A DNA stretch of 64,000 bases from Macrostomum hystrix (GCA_950097015.1 CATNEN010000030.1:1860001-1924000); one strand, 5' to 3'. Numbered from the stretch's first letter, positions 11,201-25,230 are shown. Notes: generated by a model not told the origin, from the letters alone. Numbers and translations are program-made.

Positions 11201-11869
11201 TTTCTTGGACCAGATTTGAATGAGTCCTGTGATTCTACAGCTCATGAGGCCAAACTTTTTATCTGAATTTTGTTCAATGTTATTTTTACAATATGTGTCA
11301 AATTTCGTGCTAAATTTTGTTTAAATGCTTTCACGCTATTGTTGAATGTCCAGAAGTTAAATATTGGATTACATTTTTATACTTATAATTTGATGTGAAG
11401 GACATTTTATTATTGTTTCATCTTCCCCTTTTTCGACTAAAGTTCCTGGAAAGGACCTCACATTTCTGCTATCTACTTCAGTCGTGTATTTTAACCTGAA
11501 ACCGTGCTATTACTCGTACTACGTTTGTAACACCAATTTTTTTTCTCGGCTGGTATCCACTTTTCAACTATTTTTTTAACAAATGACTTACAAGCTGAAG
11601 TACACTAAAAGAAAATATTAAATAAAATATTTTAGAAAGGTTCAACCTAACGTTTGTTTTTCTTGACTAATTGAAGAAAATCTTCAACATTGTTTTTTTG
11701 ACAACTCAATAACCAAGGAAAGGAAACGAAATGGATGAATTGATGCACACAATAAGAAAATTTAAAATCGAAGGGTTGAATTTCTCAAAAGCAGGCACTA
11801 TGTCTATGGGCTTATAATTTAAATAATGTTATAAAAGTATTTGCTGGAGGGCTGTGCGCATTGTACATC

Positions 11870-12132
11870 CTTTGGTTTCATGCATTTCTGCCCATTCCGC
11901 TGACTCCTGGGCACACACGCACAGCTGCCGTGCGCAGGCACACGCTCACACAGGGTGTGTACATCTGCCAGGACACTTTCATTTGGAGGTTGGCCCTCAA
12001 GGCGGTAAGTTTCGTAAAAAGCCCCCTAGACTCCGCAGCTGCGCCCCAAATGAATGTGGCCTCGCGTCGTCGCGAATCAAGATTGGGGTCCCGAAAGGCA
12101 AACGCGTTAGACCGCTCTGCCACTTACCCACC
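11870..12132 (-). mobile_element. tRNA-derived SINE family A, copy 3
   Basis: Reverse strand reads ggtgggtaagtggcagagcggtctaacgcgtttgcc...; shared gagtcagcggaatgggcagaa segment. Confidence 0.75.
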
Positions 12133-12543
12133 TGGGCTAAAGTTAGAGCAAAGCATAATGTTCCCTCCATGAGGACCGTGCAGCACAATAGTTTAGAGAA
12201 ATAATTATAGTTAAATTAATCAGCATTGAGTATTTTAAAGATTTCAGAAAAAATGAATTTCAGGCAAAGTACTTCTCAGAGTTCAAGTTAAACAAGCATA
12301 CCGAAGTACAGCAATTGTAGCGACATTAAAAATACGTTATTCAGATTATTCAGTAGTTCTAAAGCTTTTAACTACTGAAACTGTGACTATTAAGTACGAA
12401 TTTTATTTCTACTAACTGTAGTAAAGAGAGACATGTATTCAGAAAAATCTAGATTTTTCCATTTTAGTTAATAAATACTAAATCAAAAGTAGACTCCAGG
12501 TAGCAAAGGCTCCGAACAAGCTCCTGAGCATCACTGAGCTGAC

Positions 12544-12984
12544 TCAGAAGGAGGTCCTGCGCATCGACATAGCTGCGCCCAGCGATGCGGCTGCTGCCAC
12601 CGCTGCCGAAGCATCGGCCGTTGTTGTTGTCGAGTTCCGATCAAGGCCATCATCGTCAGTGCTGGCCACCGTGGCCTGACTAGGGTGGCGCTGCTGCAGC
12701 TGCTCGCTGGTATCGGTGTTCGTGTACTGAGTGTTAGTCTGGCAGGTCGACCCGTTCGGCTCGTTCAATATAACGTCATCTGTTATGTCCTCCTCATCAG
12801 GCTGATCGGCATCCTGTTCGTGTCGGCTGCATTCAGCAGCCTGCAGCTCTCGTTCAGCCACCGTAGCAGCTGCTGCCGCGGTCTCTTCTTCGTCGTCTAG
12901 ATCAGCGATGAAGGACGTCGCCGCAGCGCCGCACATCGCCTCTATATCAACCGCATGCGAGCGCGACCTCCGCTGATGCTGCTG
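12544..12984 (-). CDS. SLC9B: SLC9B/NHA antiporter exon 4 (acidic disordered C-tail)
   Basis: cctcag acceptor followed by CAG CAG (tandem acceptors), phase 0, stop TGA at 12544-12546. Confidence 0.7.
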   Translation of the reverse strand, partial: QQHQRRSRSHAVDIEAMCGAAATSFIADLDDEEETAAAAATVAERELQAAECSRHEQDADQPDEEDITDDVILNEPNGSTCQTNTQYTNTDTSEQLQQRHPSQATVASTDDDGLDRNSTTTTADASAAVAAAASLGAAMSMRRTSF

Positions 12985-13275
12985 CTGAGGTTGAGCGAGA
13001 AAATGGTCAGCGAGTTAGGGTGATAGCTCTGAACTTTTCCTTGAGTAGAAAAAATGTGCTGTAAAAATATACAGTAAAAGAAACGCGGGGAATCCTCAGC
13101 GCTTGCCAGAGGGGGGACTCAATTTGCTAGTCGATTATACGAGTCGTACAGCGGCTCGTACTAATTGTCAGATTCTAGATAAACTACAGAAATCATGAGA
13201 CAAAAGTTTTGCATTAGCAGGTGCTTCACCTAAGCTTGCCAATATGCTACGTGTAGAGTCGAAACAACAACCCAC

Positions 13276-13907
13276 CTTTGCAGTGTTATGCTGCTGCTGC
13301 TCCGGCTGCTGATGCTGCTGCTGTTGAGTTGGCTGTCCGTGCGGATGGAGCGACATGCCGTGGCAGTTGGCGTGCCCGGCCAGATCGAAATGCTGCATCT
13401 CCCAGTTCTTGTCGCGCTCCAGCAGCCGCGGGCCGAGCAGGGAAATGAGGAAGGCGCCCAGCGGTGCGGTGAGCATGATCACGATGGCGGCTATGGTGAG
13501 TATCTGGCGCGCCATGTCCACGGAGCGACTGTCTCTTGGCACCTGGGCCAGCGCCATGTCCAGCGCCACCGGCCCGATGGCCGCCTGCACAGTGGCCTTG
13601 GGCAGCCAGGAAAATGGCACAAACAGGCGCTCCCGGAAGCTCAGGTCCGTGCCCAGCATGCACAGGAAGCTGGCTAACATGCGGAACGCCAGGCCGATGC
13701 CAACTACGGCCAGGCCTTTGGCCAGCGCAGGCGGCTGAATCTTTTCGAAGTTGATCTGGCCGCCAATCAAGCCGAACAGCATCGGCTGCATGAACCACCA
13801 GAGAGTGTCCAGGGGCGCCAGCATGGGGTTATCCTCCTCCGCCCAGCCGTCCCAGCGGCGCCAGCCGTAGCCCGCCACGAAGGCCAGTGTGAGTACGCCG
13901 AGGGCGC
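13276..13907 (-). CDS. SLC9B: SLC9B/NHA antiporter exon 3
   Basis: QPMLFGLIG...FRERLFVPFSWLPKATVQAAIGP...IVIMLTAPLGA; canonical AG/GT, phase 1 in, phase 0 out. Confidence 0.92.
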
Positions 13908-14002
13908 CTGGGCAAAGTCAGTGAGTAAATTGAGCAGGTCGGAGCTGCTTCTGACTGCTCACGGGATGCGAGACAATGAGGCCTGAGCAGAAGAGGAGGC
14001 AA

Positions 14003-14240
14003 GGAGTGGCAGAGGAAGAGAGAAGAGGAGTGGCAGAGGAAGAGAGAAGAGGAGTGGCAGAGGAAGAGAGAAGAGGAGTGGCAGAGGAAGAGAGAAGAGG
14101 AGTGGCAGAGGAAGAGAGAAGAGGAGTGGCAGAGGAAGAGAGAAGAGGAGTGGCAGAGGAAGAGAGAAGAGGAGTGGCAGAGGAAGAGAGAAGAGGAGTG
14201 GCAGAGGAAGAGAGAAGAGGAGTGGCAGAGGAAGAGAGAG
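14003..14240. repeat. 24-bp purine-rich minisatellite (ggagtggcagaggaagagagaaga)
   Basis: About 10 units in NHA intron 2. Confidence 0.95.
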
Positions 14241-15504
14241 AAGAGGAGTTTTGACGAGAGAAAGTAAACAGGGAGTTAAAACAGGAGATCAAGCGAAGAA
14301 ACAGGCAGGGGTTCAGAAGAGTGCTGAGAAATCAGGAAGATGCTGCTCTAAGAGAGTATCTTATCACACTCTCTCACTCTTCTGGTCTGTTAGGCATATG
14401 TAGAGGCCTAGCCCAATCCAACACCATAATTTCTAGAATGCACAAATGCGGCACGCATAAATAATGAATCTATTCGCCAATCTATCAGTCCCGAGTCGCT
14501 CCCCCCAAACCAGCAACGCCGAGTCCCCGGGCCAGCCAAAGGCGCTCGATTTACCACCTAGTAAAGCTGCTGCGGCAAAGCCTGCATTGGTCGCGACGCC
14601 CAGAGGGCCAGGAAATGTAAAACGAATTTTTGCCGACTAAGAAGAATTGAAGCAGGCGAAGAAGTTTTGGAGTAGGAGGCAGAGGAGAATCGGTTACTAG
14701 GCCCAGAGGCGAATGCGCCACGCACCGCATGGGGGGGATCAGCGCCGTGGAGAAGCGGGGGGGATTTACTCGAGACCGGAGACTACAGACGGGGTGGTTT
14801 GGCCGGATCCAAAGGCTGCTGCAGTTAATTAGAATCTTCTTGCGCGAGCACACACACACAACCCAGATGCTCCCCAGAAGAGAATTCTCCCAGTAAACAG
14901 CCAAATCCGCGCGTACTCATTGCCTGTATGTGGACTGCGGAGTGGGGTGGGTGCACATCCACATCCTGTGACATCCAACTTTGGCGAATGCTCTCATTTT
15001 GTTAAAAATTACAACACGGTGATTGCGATATTTATAAATGTTCGCGACCCTTTAATGATAAGCAAGCAGGAAGGAAGGAAATTTTGCGAAATTGAAATGT
15101 TTTTTCTTTTCTACCTTCTATTTCTTGTCTTTCTGCATAAAAAATGAATTAAGTTGGACATGATTAAAATACCTTCTTAATACGCTAGTTTTTCATTATA
15201 AAGCGAATCTCATGCTTTGTTTAAACTATGAAGCGTCACACCCAAGCCGGAGATTTTCTGTGTCGATTTGCTGTCAGTCAGAAATTTTTGCACTTTTATC
15301 TAGAAACTTCAAAACTCTATAGCAGGAGGTACAGCAGCATATTTTGCTAGAGTTTCTAAGAAAATCATTTTGCTTTATGAATATTTAATAGCAGAATGAA
15401 AAACAGCGAATCAAATGTGTTTTTCTCTTTATCATATGCTGATATGGGGAAAAAGTTCACTTCCTTTTTCTTTTTTCTGTCATTTGCTCATCACTAAAAA
15501 CAGA

Positions 15505-17157
15505 TGGCATCCGCCACCTTCCTCTCAAATGAGTTCTCGTGGCATCCGCCACCTTCCTCTCAAATGAGTTCTCGTGGCATCCGCCACCTTCCTCTCTAAT
15601 GAGTTCTCGTGGCATTTGCCACCTTCCTCTCTAATGAGTTCTCGTGGCATTTGCCACCTTCCTCTCTAATGAGTTCTCGTGGCATTTGCCACCTTCCTCT
15701 CTAATGAGTTCTCGTGGCATCCGCCACCTTCCTCTCTAATGAGTTCTCGTGGCATTTGCCACCTTCCTCTCTAATGAGTTCTCGTGGCATTTGCCACCTT
15801 CCTCTCAAATGAGTTCTCGTGGCATTTGCCACCTTCCTCTCTAATGAGTTCTCGTGGCATCCGCCACCTTCCTCTCTAATGAGTTCTCGTGGCATCCGCC
15901 ACCTTCCTCTCTAATGAGTTCTCGTGGCATCCGCCACCTTCCTCTCAAATGAGTTCTCGTGGCATCCGCCACCTTCCTCTCTAATGAGTTCTCGTGGCAT
16001 CCGCCACCTTCCTCTCAAATGAGTTCTCGTGGCATCCGCCACCTTCCTCTCTAATGAGTTCTCGTGGCATCCGCCACCTTCCTCTCAAATGAGTTCTCGT
16101 GGCATCCGCCACCTTCCTCTCAAATGAGTTCTCGTGGCATCCGCCACCTTCCTCTCAAATGAGTTCTTGTGGCATCCGCCACCTTCCTCTCTAATGAGTT
16201 CTCGTGGCATTTGCCACCTTCCTCTCCAATGAGTTCTCATGGCATCCGCCACCTTCCTCTCTAATGAGTTCTCGTGGCATCCGCCACCTTCCTCTCAAAT
16301 TAGTTCTCGTGGCATCCGCCACCTTCCTCTCTAATGAGTTCTCGTGGCATCCGCCACCTTCCTCTCAAATGAGTTCTCGTGGCATCCGCCACCTTCCTCT
16401 CAAATGAGTTCTCGTGGCATCCGCCACCTTCCTCTCAAATGAGTTCTCGTGGCATCCGCCACCTTCCTCTCAAATGAGTTCTCGTGGCATCCGCCACCTT
16501 CCTCTCAAATGAGTTCTTGTGGCATCCGCCACCTTCCTCTCTAATGAGTTCTCGTGGCATCCGCCACCTTCCTCTCTAATGAGTTCTCGTGGCATCCGCC
16601 ACCTTCCTCTCAAATGAGTTCTTGTGGCATCCGCCACCTTCCTCTCTAATGAGTTCTCGTGGCATTTGCCACCTTCCTCTCTAATGAGTTCTCGTGGCAT
16701 TTGCCACCTTCCTCTCTAATGAGTTCTCGTGGCATCCGCCACCTTCCTCTCTAATGAGTTCTCGTGGCATCCGCCACCTTCCTCTCAAATGAGTTCTCGT
16801 GGCATCCGCCACCTTCCTCTCTAATGAGTTCTCGTGGCATTTGCCACCTTCCTCTCAAATGAGTTCTCGTGGCATTTGCCACCTTCCTCTCTAATGAGTT
16901 CTCGTGGCATCCGCCACCTTCCTCTCAAATGAGTTCTCGTGGCATCCGCCACCTTCCTCTCAAATGAGTTCTCGTGGCATCCGCCACCTTCCTCTCAAAT
17001 GAGTTCTTGTGGCATCCGCCACCTTCCTCTCTAATGAGTTCTCGTGGCATTTGCCACCTTCCTCTCTAATGAGTTCTCGTGGCATTTGCCACCTTCCTCT
17101 CTAATGAGTTCTCGTGGCATCCGCCACCTTCCTCTCCAATGAGTTCTCATGGCATCT
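15505..17157. repeat. 35-bp minisatellite (gagttctcgtggcatccgccaccttcctctcaaat)
   Basis: About 47 units in NHA intron 2. Confidence 0.95.
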
Positions 17158-17551
<394 letters not shown>

Positions 17552-17565
17552 TGGCTATAGCTCAC

Positions 17566-17985
17566 CTGCGCCCTGCAGGTGGGCTCTCTCGCAGCCGAGC
17601 AGCGCGATGACGCCACCGCCAACAAGGAAGATGAAGCGGAACATGACCGGCCGCTTGTGGCTCTTGTGCGGGATGAACCAGAGCAGCGCGCCCAGGCACA
17701 GCCCGTAGAGGATGCCGATGACGGCGTCGCGAGGACCGCGCAGAATAGCCCCGGCAACGCCGCGACCACCGCCGCCGCCGGCGCCGCTGCCGTCGCCACC
17801 GCTTTCAGCGTCGCTCGAAGCGATGCCCAGAGCCAAGCTGAAGCCGGTGATGGCCAGAACATCGTCCATGGAGGAGGCGGCGATGATGAGGGTGGGGATG
17901 CCCTTCTCGACGCCGTAGCCGCGGTACTCCAGCTTCAGCATGCCGAGAACCACGACGGCGGGGGACACCGCGCCCAGGACGAAGC
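17566..17985 (-). CDS. SLC9B: SLC9B/NHA antiporter exon 2
   Basis: GFVLGAVSPAVVV...GYGVEKGIPTLIIAASSMDDVLAITGF (SLC9B DD motif); phase 1-1. Confidence 0.93.
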
Positions 17986-18081
17986 CTGATTGAATAATAT
18001 CAAATAAAAATCCCAATCATAATCTTATCATCCCAAGTCTGAATCTCAATCATACTGTAATTATCCCTAGTAGGAATCGCA

Positions 18082-21000
18082 GACCTCAAACTCACACAAA
18101 AGGAATCCACAGTCTAGACCCCAATAGCTCTCAGACTCACACAAAAGGAATCCACAGTCTAGATCCCAATAGCTCTCAAACTCACACAAAAGGAATCCAC
18201 AGTCTAGACCCCAATAGCTCTCAAACTCACACAAAAGGAATCCACAGTCTAGACCCCAATAGCTCTCAGACTCACACAAAAGGAATCCACAGTCTAGATC
18301 CCAATAGCTCTCAGACTCACACAAAAGGAATCCACAGTCTAGACCCCAATAGCTCTCAAACTCACACAAAAGGAATCCACAGTCTAGACCCCAATAGCTC
18401 TCAGACTCACACAAAAGGAATCCACAGTCTAGATCCCAATAGCTCTCAAACTCACACAAAAGGAATCCACAGTCTAGACCCCAATAGCTCTCAGACTCAC
18501 ACAAAGGAATCCACAGTCTAGACCCCAATAGCTCTCAGACTCACACAAAAGGAATCCACAGTCTAGACCCCAATAGCTCTCAGACTCACACAAAAGGAAT
18601 CCACAGTCTAGACCCCAATAGCTCTCAGACTCACACAAAAGGATCCACAGTCTAGACCCCAATAGCTCTCAGACTCACACAAAAGGAATCCACAGTCTAG
18701 ACCCCAATAGCTCTCAGACTCACACAAAAGGAATCCACAGTCTAGACCCCAATAGCTCTCAGACTCACACAAAAGGAATCCACAGTCTAGACCCCAATAG
18801 CTCTCAGACTCACACAAAAGGAATCCACAGTCTAGACCCAATAGCTCTCAGACTCACACAAAAGGAATCCACAGTCTAGACCCCAATAGCTCTCAGACTC
18901 ACACAAAAGGAATCCACAGTCTAGACCCAATAGCTCTCAGACTCACACAAAAGGAATCCACAGTCTAGACCCCAATAGCTCTCAAACTCACACAAAAGGA
19001 ATCCACAGTCTAGATCCCAATAGCTCTCAGACTCACACAAAAGGAATCCACAGTCTAGATCCCAATAGCTCTCAGACTCACACAAAAGGAATCCACAGTC
19101 TAGACCCCAATAGCTCTCAAACTCACACAAAAGGAATCCACAGTCTAGATCCCAATAGCTCTCAGACTCACACAAAAGGAATCCACAGTCTAGACCCCAA
19201 TAGCTCTCAGACTCACACAAAAGGAATCCACAGTCTAGACCCCAATAGCTCTCAAGACTCACACAAAAGGAATCCACAGTCTAGATCCCAATAGCTCTCA
19301 GACTCACACAAAAGGAATCCACAGTCTAGACCCCAAAAGCTCTCAAACTCACACAAAAGGAATCCACAGTCTAGATCCCAATAGCTCTCAGACTCACACA
19401 AAAGGAATCCACAGTCTAGATCCCAATAGCTCTCAGACTCACACAAAAGGAATCCACAGTCTAGACCCCAATAGCTCTCAAACTCACACAAAAGGAATCC
19501 ACAGTCTAGATCCCAATAGCTCTCAGACTCACACAAAAGGAATCCACAGTCTAGACCCCAATAGCTCTCAGACTCACACAAAAGGAATCCACAGTCTAGA
19601 CCACAATAGCTCTCAGACTCACACAAAAGGAATCCACAGTCTAGATCCCAATAGCTCTCAGACTCACACAAAAGGAATCCACAGTCTAGACCCCAATAGC
19701 TCTCAAACTCACACAAAAGGAATCCACAGTCTAGATCCCAATAGCTCTCAGACTCACACAAAAGGAATCCACAGTCTAGATCCCAATAGCTCTCAGACTC
19801 ACACAAAAGGAATCCACAGTCTAGATCCCAATAGCTCTCAGACTCACACAAAAGGAATCCACAGTCTAGACCCCAATAGCTCTCAAACTCACACAAAAGG
19901 AATCCACAGTCTAGATCCCAATAGCTCTCAGACTCACACAAAAGGAATCCACAGTCTAGATCCCAATAGCTCTCAAACTCACACAAAAGGAATCCACAGT
20001 CTAGATCCCAATAGCTCTCAGACTCACACAAAAGGAATCCACAGTCTAGAACCCAATAGCTCTCAGACTCACACAAAAGGAATCCACAGTCTAGATCCCA
20101 ATAGCTCTCAGACTCACACAAAAGGAATCCACAGTCTAGATCCCAATAGCTCTCAGACTCACACAAAAGGAATCCACAGTCTAGACCCCAATAGCTCTCA
20201 GACTCACACAAAAGGAATCCACAGTCTAGACCCCAATAGCTCTCAAACTCACACAAAAGGAATCCACAGTCTAGACCCCAATAGCTCTCAGACTCACACA
20301 AAAGGAATCCACAGTCTAGATCCCAATAGCTCTCAGACTCACACAAAAGGAATCCACAGTCTAGACCCCAATAGCTCTCAGACTCACACAAAAGGAATCC
20401 ACAGTCTAGATCCCAATAGCTCTCAGACTCACACAAAAGGAATCCACAGTCTAGACCCCAATAGCTCTCAAACTCACACAAAAGGAATCCACAGTCTAGA
20501 CCCCAATAGCTCTCAGACTCACACAAAAGGAATCCACAGTCTAGACCCCAATAGCTCTCAGACTCACACAAAAGGAATCCACAGTCTAGATCCCAATAGC
20601 TCTCAAACTCACACAAAAGGAATCCACAGTCTAGACCCCAATAGCTCTCAGACTCACACAAAAGGAATCCACAGTCTAGACCCCAATAGCTCTCAAACTC
20701 ACACAAAAGGAATCCACAGTCTAGATCCCAATAGCTCTCAGACTCACACAAAAGGAATCCACCAGTCTAAGATCCCAATAGCTCTCAGACTCACAACAAA
20801 AGGAATCCACAGTCTAGACCCCAATAGCTCTCAAACTCACACAAAAGGAATCCACAGTCTAGACCCCAATAGCTCTCAGACTCACACAAAAGGAATCCAC
20901 AGTCTAGACCCCAATAGCTCTCAGACTCACACAAAAGGAATCCACAGTCTAGACCCCAATAGCTCTCAGACTCACACAAAAGGAATCCACAGTCTAGACC

Positions 21001-21966
21001 CCAATAGCTCTCAGACTCACACAAAAGGAATCCACAGTCTAGACCCCAATAGCTCTCAGACTCACACAAAAGGAATCCACAGTCTAGACCCCAATAGCTC
21101 TCAGACTCACACAAAAGGAATCCACAGGTCTAGACCCCAATAGCTCTCAAACTCACACAAAAGGAATCCACAGTCTAGACCCCAATAGCTCTCAGACTCA
21201 CACAAAAGGAATCCACAGTCTAGACCCCAATAGCTCTCAGACTCACACAAAAGGAATCCACAGTCTAGATCCCAATAGCTCTCAAACTCACACAAAAGGA
21301 ATCCACAGTCTAGACCCCAATAGCTCTCAGACTCACACAAAAGGAATCCACAGTCTAGACCCCAATAGCTCTCAACTCACACAAAAGGAATCCACAGTCT
21401 AGATCCCAATAGCTCTCAGACTCACACAAAAGGAATCCACAGTCTAGATCCCAATAGCTCTCAGACTCACACAAAAGGAATCCACAGTCTAGACCCCAAT
21501 AGCTCTCAAACTCACACAAAAGGAATCCACAGTCTAGACCCCAATAGCTCTCAGACTCACACAAAAGGAATCCACAGTCTAGATCCCAATAGCTCTCAGA
21601 CTCACACAAAAGGAATCCACAGTCTAGACCCCAATAGCTCTCAGACTCACACAAAAGGAATCCACAGTCGAGACCCCAATAGCTCTCAGACTCACACAAA
21701 AGGAATCCACAGTCTAGACCCCCAATAGCTCTCAGACTCACACAAAAGGAATCCACAGTCTAGATCCCAATAGCTCTCAGACTCACACAAAAGGAATCCA
21801 CAGTCTAGACCCCAATAGCTCTCAGACTCACACAAAAGGAATCCACAGTCTAGATCCCAATAGCTCTCAGACTCACACAAAAGGAATCCACAGTCTAGAC
21901 CCCAATAGCTCTCAAACTCACACAAAAGGAATCCACAGTCTAGACCCCAATAGCTCTCAAACTCAC
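18082..21966. repeat. 45-bp minisatellite filling NHA intron 1; each unit carries GTGAGT on the - strand
   Basis: About 86 units (ctcacacaaaaggaatccacagtctagaccccaatagctctcaga); array starts at intron base +1. Confidence 0.97.
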
Positions 21967-22882
21967 CCAGTATGAATCCCCAGGCCCAGGGGAAGCCCAG
22001 GATGAAGTGGGCCGCAATGGCTCCCACAGCGCTCTCCACCAGGCAGGGAATGAAGGCCAAGCGGAACACGGTGGCCGACAGTCGCCGGAGCGTGTTGGGA
22101 TCCAGACTCAGGCCGGCCCTCAGCAGAATGGTGCACAGCGCCAGCTCGCGCAGCTTGTTAAAGTACACTTTGCTGATGTGGCGAGCCACGTTGATGCCGG
22201 GCGCGTTGCCAAGGACGCAGCCGACAATGAGCATGCCCAGCAGCGGGGGGAGGTTGAATTTCTTAGAAAGCGAGCTTGCGGTCATGGAGCAGACAAATAG
22301 GACGAATAATCCGAAGAAATTTCCGCCTAAACAGTTGCTAGCCGCCTCCGCCGCATCCGTGCCGTTGCCATCCGACCGGCTGGTGTTCGGTCCGACTTTG
22401 GCGACGGCGGCTGAGCAGCTCCTGGGTAGGGCCTCGTCGCCGACAATTACAAAGAGCAGGCCGTACAGCACCAGGATTGATAGGAGGCCGGCGATCCAGC
22501 GGGCCGCCTGGCCGTGCGGCGGGCACATGAAGGCGTAGCGCAGCCGCTGCCAGCACTTCGGCTCCTCCGGCAACGGGTTGGCCGCGGTTGACATCGCCTG
22601 GCGGAGTCGGTCGAGCAGGCGGCCGCAGCGGCTTCTGCCGGCGGTTGAACTGGTCGAGTCAGAAGGCGGTAGTTGCTGCCGCTGCTGCCGCAGCTGCTGC
22701 TCTGGCTCGAGTTGTAATGAGATTGGCGACGGCGGCTGATGCGTCGTTGAAGGCTGCTGCATCTGGCGGTGATGCCGAGGACGACCCGGAGACGGCGGCG
22801 GGTCTGGACGGAGCGCCACGGAGCTGCGCCGCTGCCGGGCTCGCGACTCGTGGCGCCGAATCGACTGGCGCAGGGCGCGCAT
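21967..22882 (-). CDS. SLC9B: SLC9B/NHA antiporter exon 1 (first in-frame ATG; frame open to a possible acceptor at 22967)
   Basis: AFMCPPHG...LPPLLGMLIVGCVLGN...LRELALCTILLRAGLSLDP...AFIPCLVES...PWAWGFILG; donor gtgagt. Confidence 0.9.
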
Positions 22883-23484
22883 GCTCTGCGGGCGGCAGTC
22901 GGGACAGTGCTCTTTCTTAGAAATCTTTCTCAGAGTCGATTTTTGATGAAAATCCCCATCGATGAGCTGGGTATTTAGTCGAAAGCCCCATTGGTGGCAC
23001 GACAACGCCAGAAATCCATGGGGTTTAATCTAAAATGAGAAATCTTTAAAGAAGCAAGCAAATTTGTGACAATCGCAATTAGTTGAAGCCTACGAAAAGG
23101 CCGTTGAAAAGACAGTTGGAACGGTCGAAAACTTTAAGACTGCCGCTTTAAAGTAGCAGAAATAGCTGTCAAGCCATTGTCCAGGAGCTTTATTGAAGAA
23201 GAACCAGATTCCACCCGCCCACGCGCAGCTACGCCGACGAAATGCAACTTCTTTCGATTGAAGATTGAGAAAGATTGGGAAATACGGAAATGACAGATTG
23301 GCTGGGTGTCCCATCTGCGTTGGACTTAGTGTAATCCCCTGCGGCTCCTCTCGGCAACCACGGACCTTCGTCTCACATCATGCTCAGAGTTGCAATGCTC
23401 AGCAGAGTATGCCCAGACATTACCACGCAGCTGTGATTGATGCCCTGGTTCGATTCCCCTTCCTAAAACACTAGGAAACACTCT

Positions 23485-25230
23485 CCCTGTCTCTCTCTCT
23501 CCCTCTCCCTCTCTCTACCTCACCCTCTCTCTACCTCTCTCTCTACCTCTCCCTCTTTCTACCTCTCCCTCTCTCTACCTCTCTCTCTACCTCTACCTAT
23601 TTCTCCCTCTCCCTCTCTCTACCTCTCTCTCTACCTCTCTCTCTACCTCTCCCTATATCTACCTCTCCCTCTCTCTACCTCTCTCTCTACCTCTCCCTCT
23701 CTCTACCTCTCTCGCTCTACCTCACCCTCTCTCTCCCTCTCCCTCTCTCTACCTCTCTCTCTACCTCTCTCTCTACCTCTCCCTATATCTACCTCTCCCT
23801 CTCTCTACCTCTCTCTCTACCTCTCCCTCTCTCTACCTCTCTCTCTCTCCATCTCTCTACCTCTCCCTCTCTCTACCTCTCTCTCTCTACCTCTCCCTCT
23901 CTCTCCCTCTCTCTACCTCTCTCTCTACCTCTCCCTCTCTCTACCTCTCTCTCTCTCTCCATCTCTCTACCTCTCCCTCTCTCTACCTCTCTCTCTCTAC
24001 CTCTCCCTCTCTCTCCCTCTCTCTCTACCTCACCCTCTCTCTACCTCTCCCTCTCTCTACCTCTCCCTATATCTACCTCTCCCTCTCTCTACCTACCTCT
24101 CTCTCTACCTCTCCCTCTCTCTCCCTCTCTCTCTACCTCACCCTCTCTCTACCTCTCCTCTCTCTTCCTCTCTCTCTACCTCTCCCTCTCTCTCCCTCTC
24201 TCTCTACCTCACCCTCTCTCTACCTCTCCCTCTCTCTTCCTCTCTCTCTACCTCACCCTCTCTCTACCTCTCCATCTCTCTACCTCTCCCTCTCTCTACC
24301 CCTCTCTCTACCTCTCCCTCTCTCTCCCTCTCTCTCTACCTCTCTCTCTACCTCTCCCTCTCTCTACCTCTCTCTCTCTCTCCATCTCTCTACCTCTCCC
24401 TCTCTCTACCTCTCTCTCTCTACCTCTCCCTCTCTCTCCCTCTCTCTCTACCTCACCCTCTCTCTACCTCTCCCTCTCTCTACCTCTCCCTATATCTACC
24501 TCTCCCTCTCTCTACCTACCTCTCTCTCTACCTCTCCCTCTCTCTCCCTCTCTCTCTACCTCACCCTCTCTCTACCTCTCCCTCTCTCTTCCTCTCTCTC
24601 TACCTCTCCCTCTCTCTCCCTCTCTCTCTACCTCACCCTCTCTCTACCTCTCCCTCTCTCTTCCTCTCTCTCTACCTCACCCTCTCTCTACCTCTCCATC
24701 TCTCTACCTCTCCCTCTCTCTACCCCTCTCTCTACCTCTCCTCTCTCTCCCTCTCTCTCTACCTCTCTCTCTACCTCTCCCTCTCTCTACCTCTCTCTCT
24801 CTCTCTCCATCTCTCTACCTCTCCCTCTCTCTACCTCTCTCTCTCTACCTCTCCCTCTCTCTCCCTCTCTCTCTACCTCACCCTCTCTCTACCTCTCCCT
24901 CTCTCTACCTCTCCCTATATCTACCTCTCCCTCTCTCTACCTACCTCTCTCTCTACCTCTCCCTCTCTCTCCCTCTCTCTCTACCTCACCCTCTCTCTAC
25001 CTCTCCCTCTCTCTTCCTCTCTCTCTACCTCTCCCTCTCTCTCCCTCTCTCTCTACCTCACCCTCTCTCTACCTCTCCCTCTCTCTTCCTCTCTCTCTAC
25101 CTCACCCTCTCTCTACCTCTCCATCTCTCTACCTCTCCCTCTCTCTACCCCTCTCTCTACCTCTCCCTCTCTCTCCCTCTCTCTCTACCTCACCCTCTCT
25201 CTACCTCTCTCTCTACCTCTCCCTCTCTCC
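23485..25230. repeat. CT-rich compound microsatellite (ctctctctacct variants) with higher-order blocks
   Basis: Direct reading; a second CT tract lies at 25437-25655. Confidence 0.95.

Noticed and set aside
14399-14965. Solo LTR (TG…CA ends, GC-rich) in NHA intron 2
   Set aside because: No matching target-site duplication or second copy in the window; cannot be supported without a genome search.
18082-21966. CRISPR-like or Cys-rich repeat protein interpretation of the 45-bp array
   Set aside because: No spacers, no cas genes, eukaryotic intron context.
21692-21966. C-terminal part of ORF 21692-23005 as part of the antiporter
   Set aside because: Read-through past the GTGAGT donor; NHA homology resumes at 17985.
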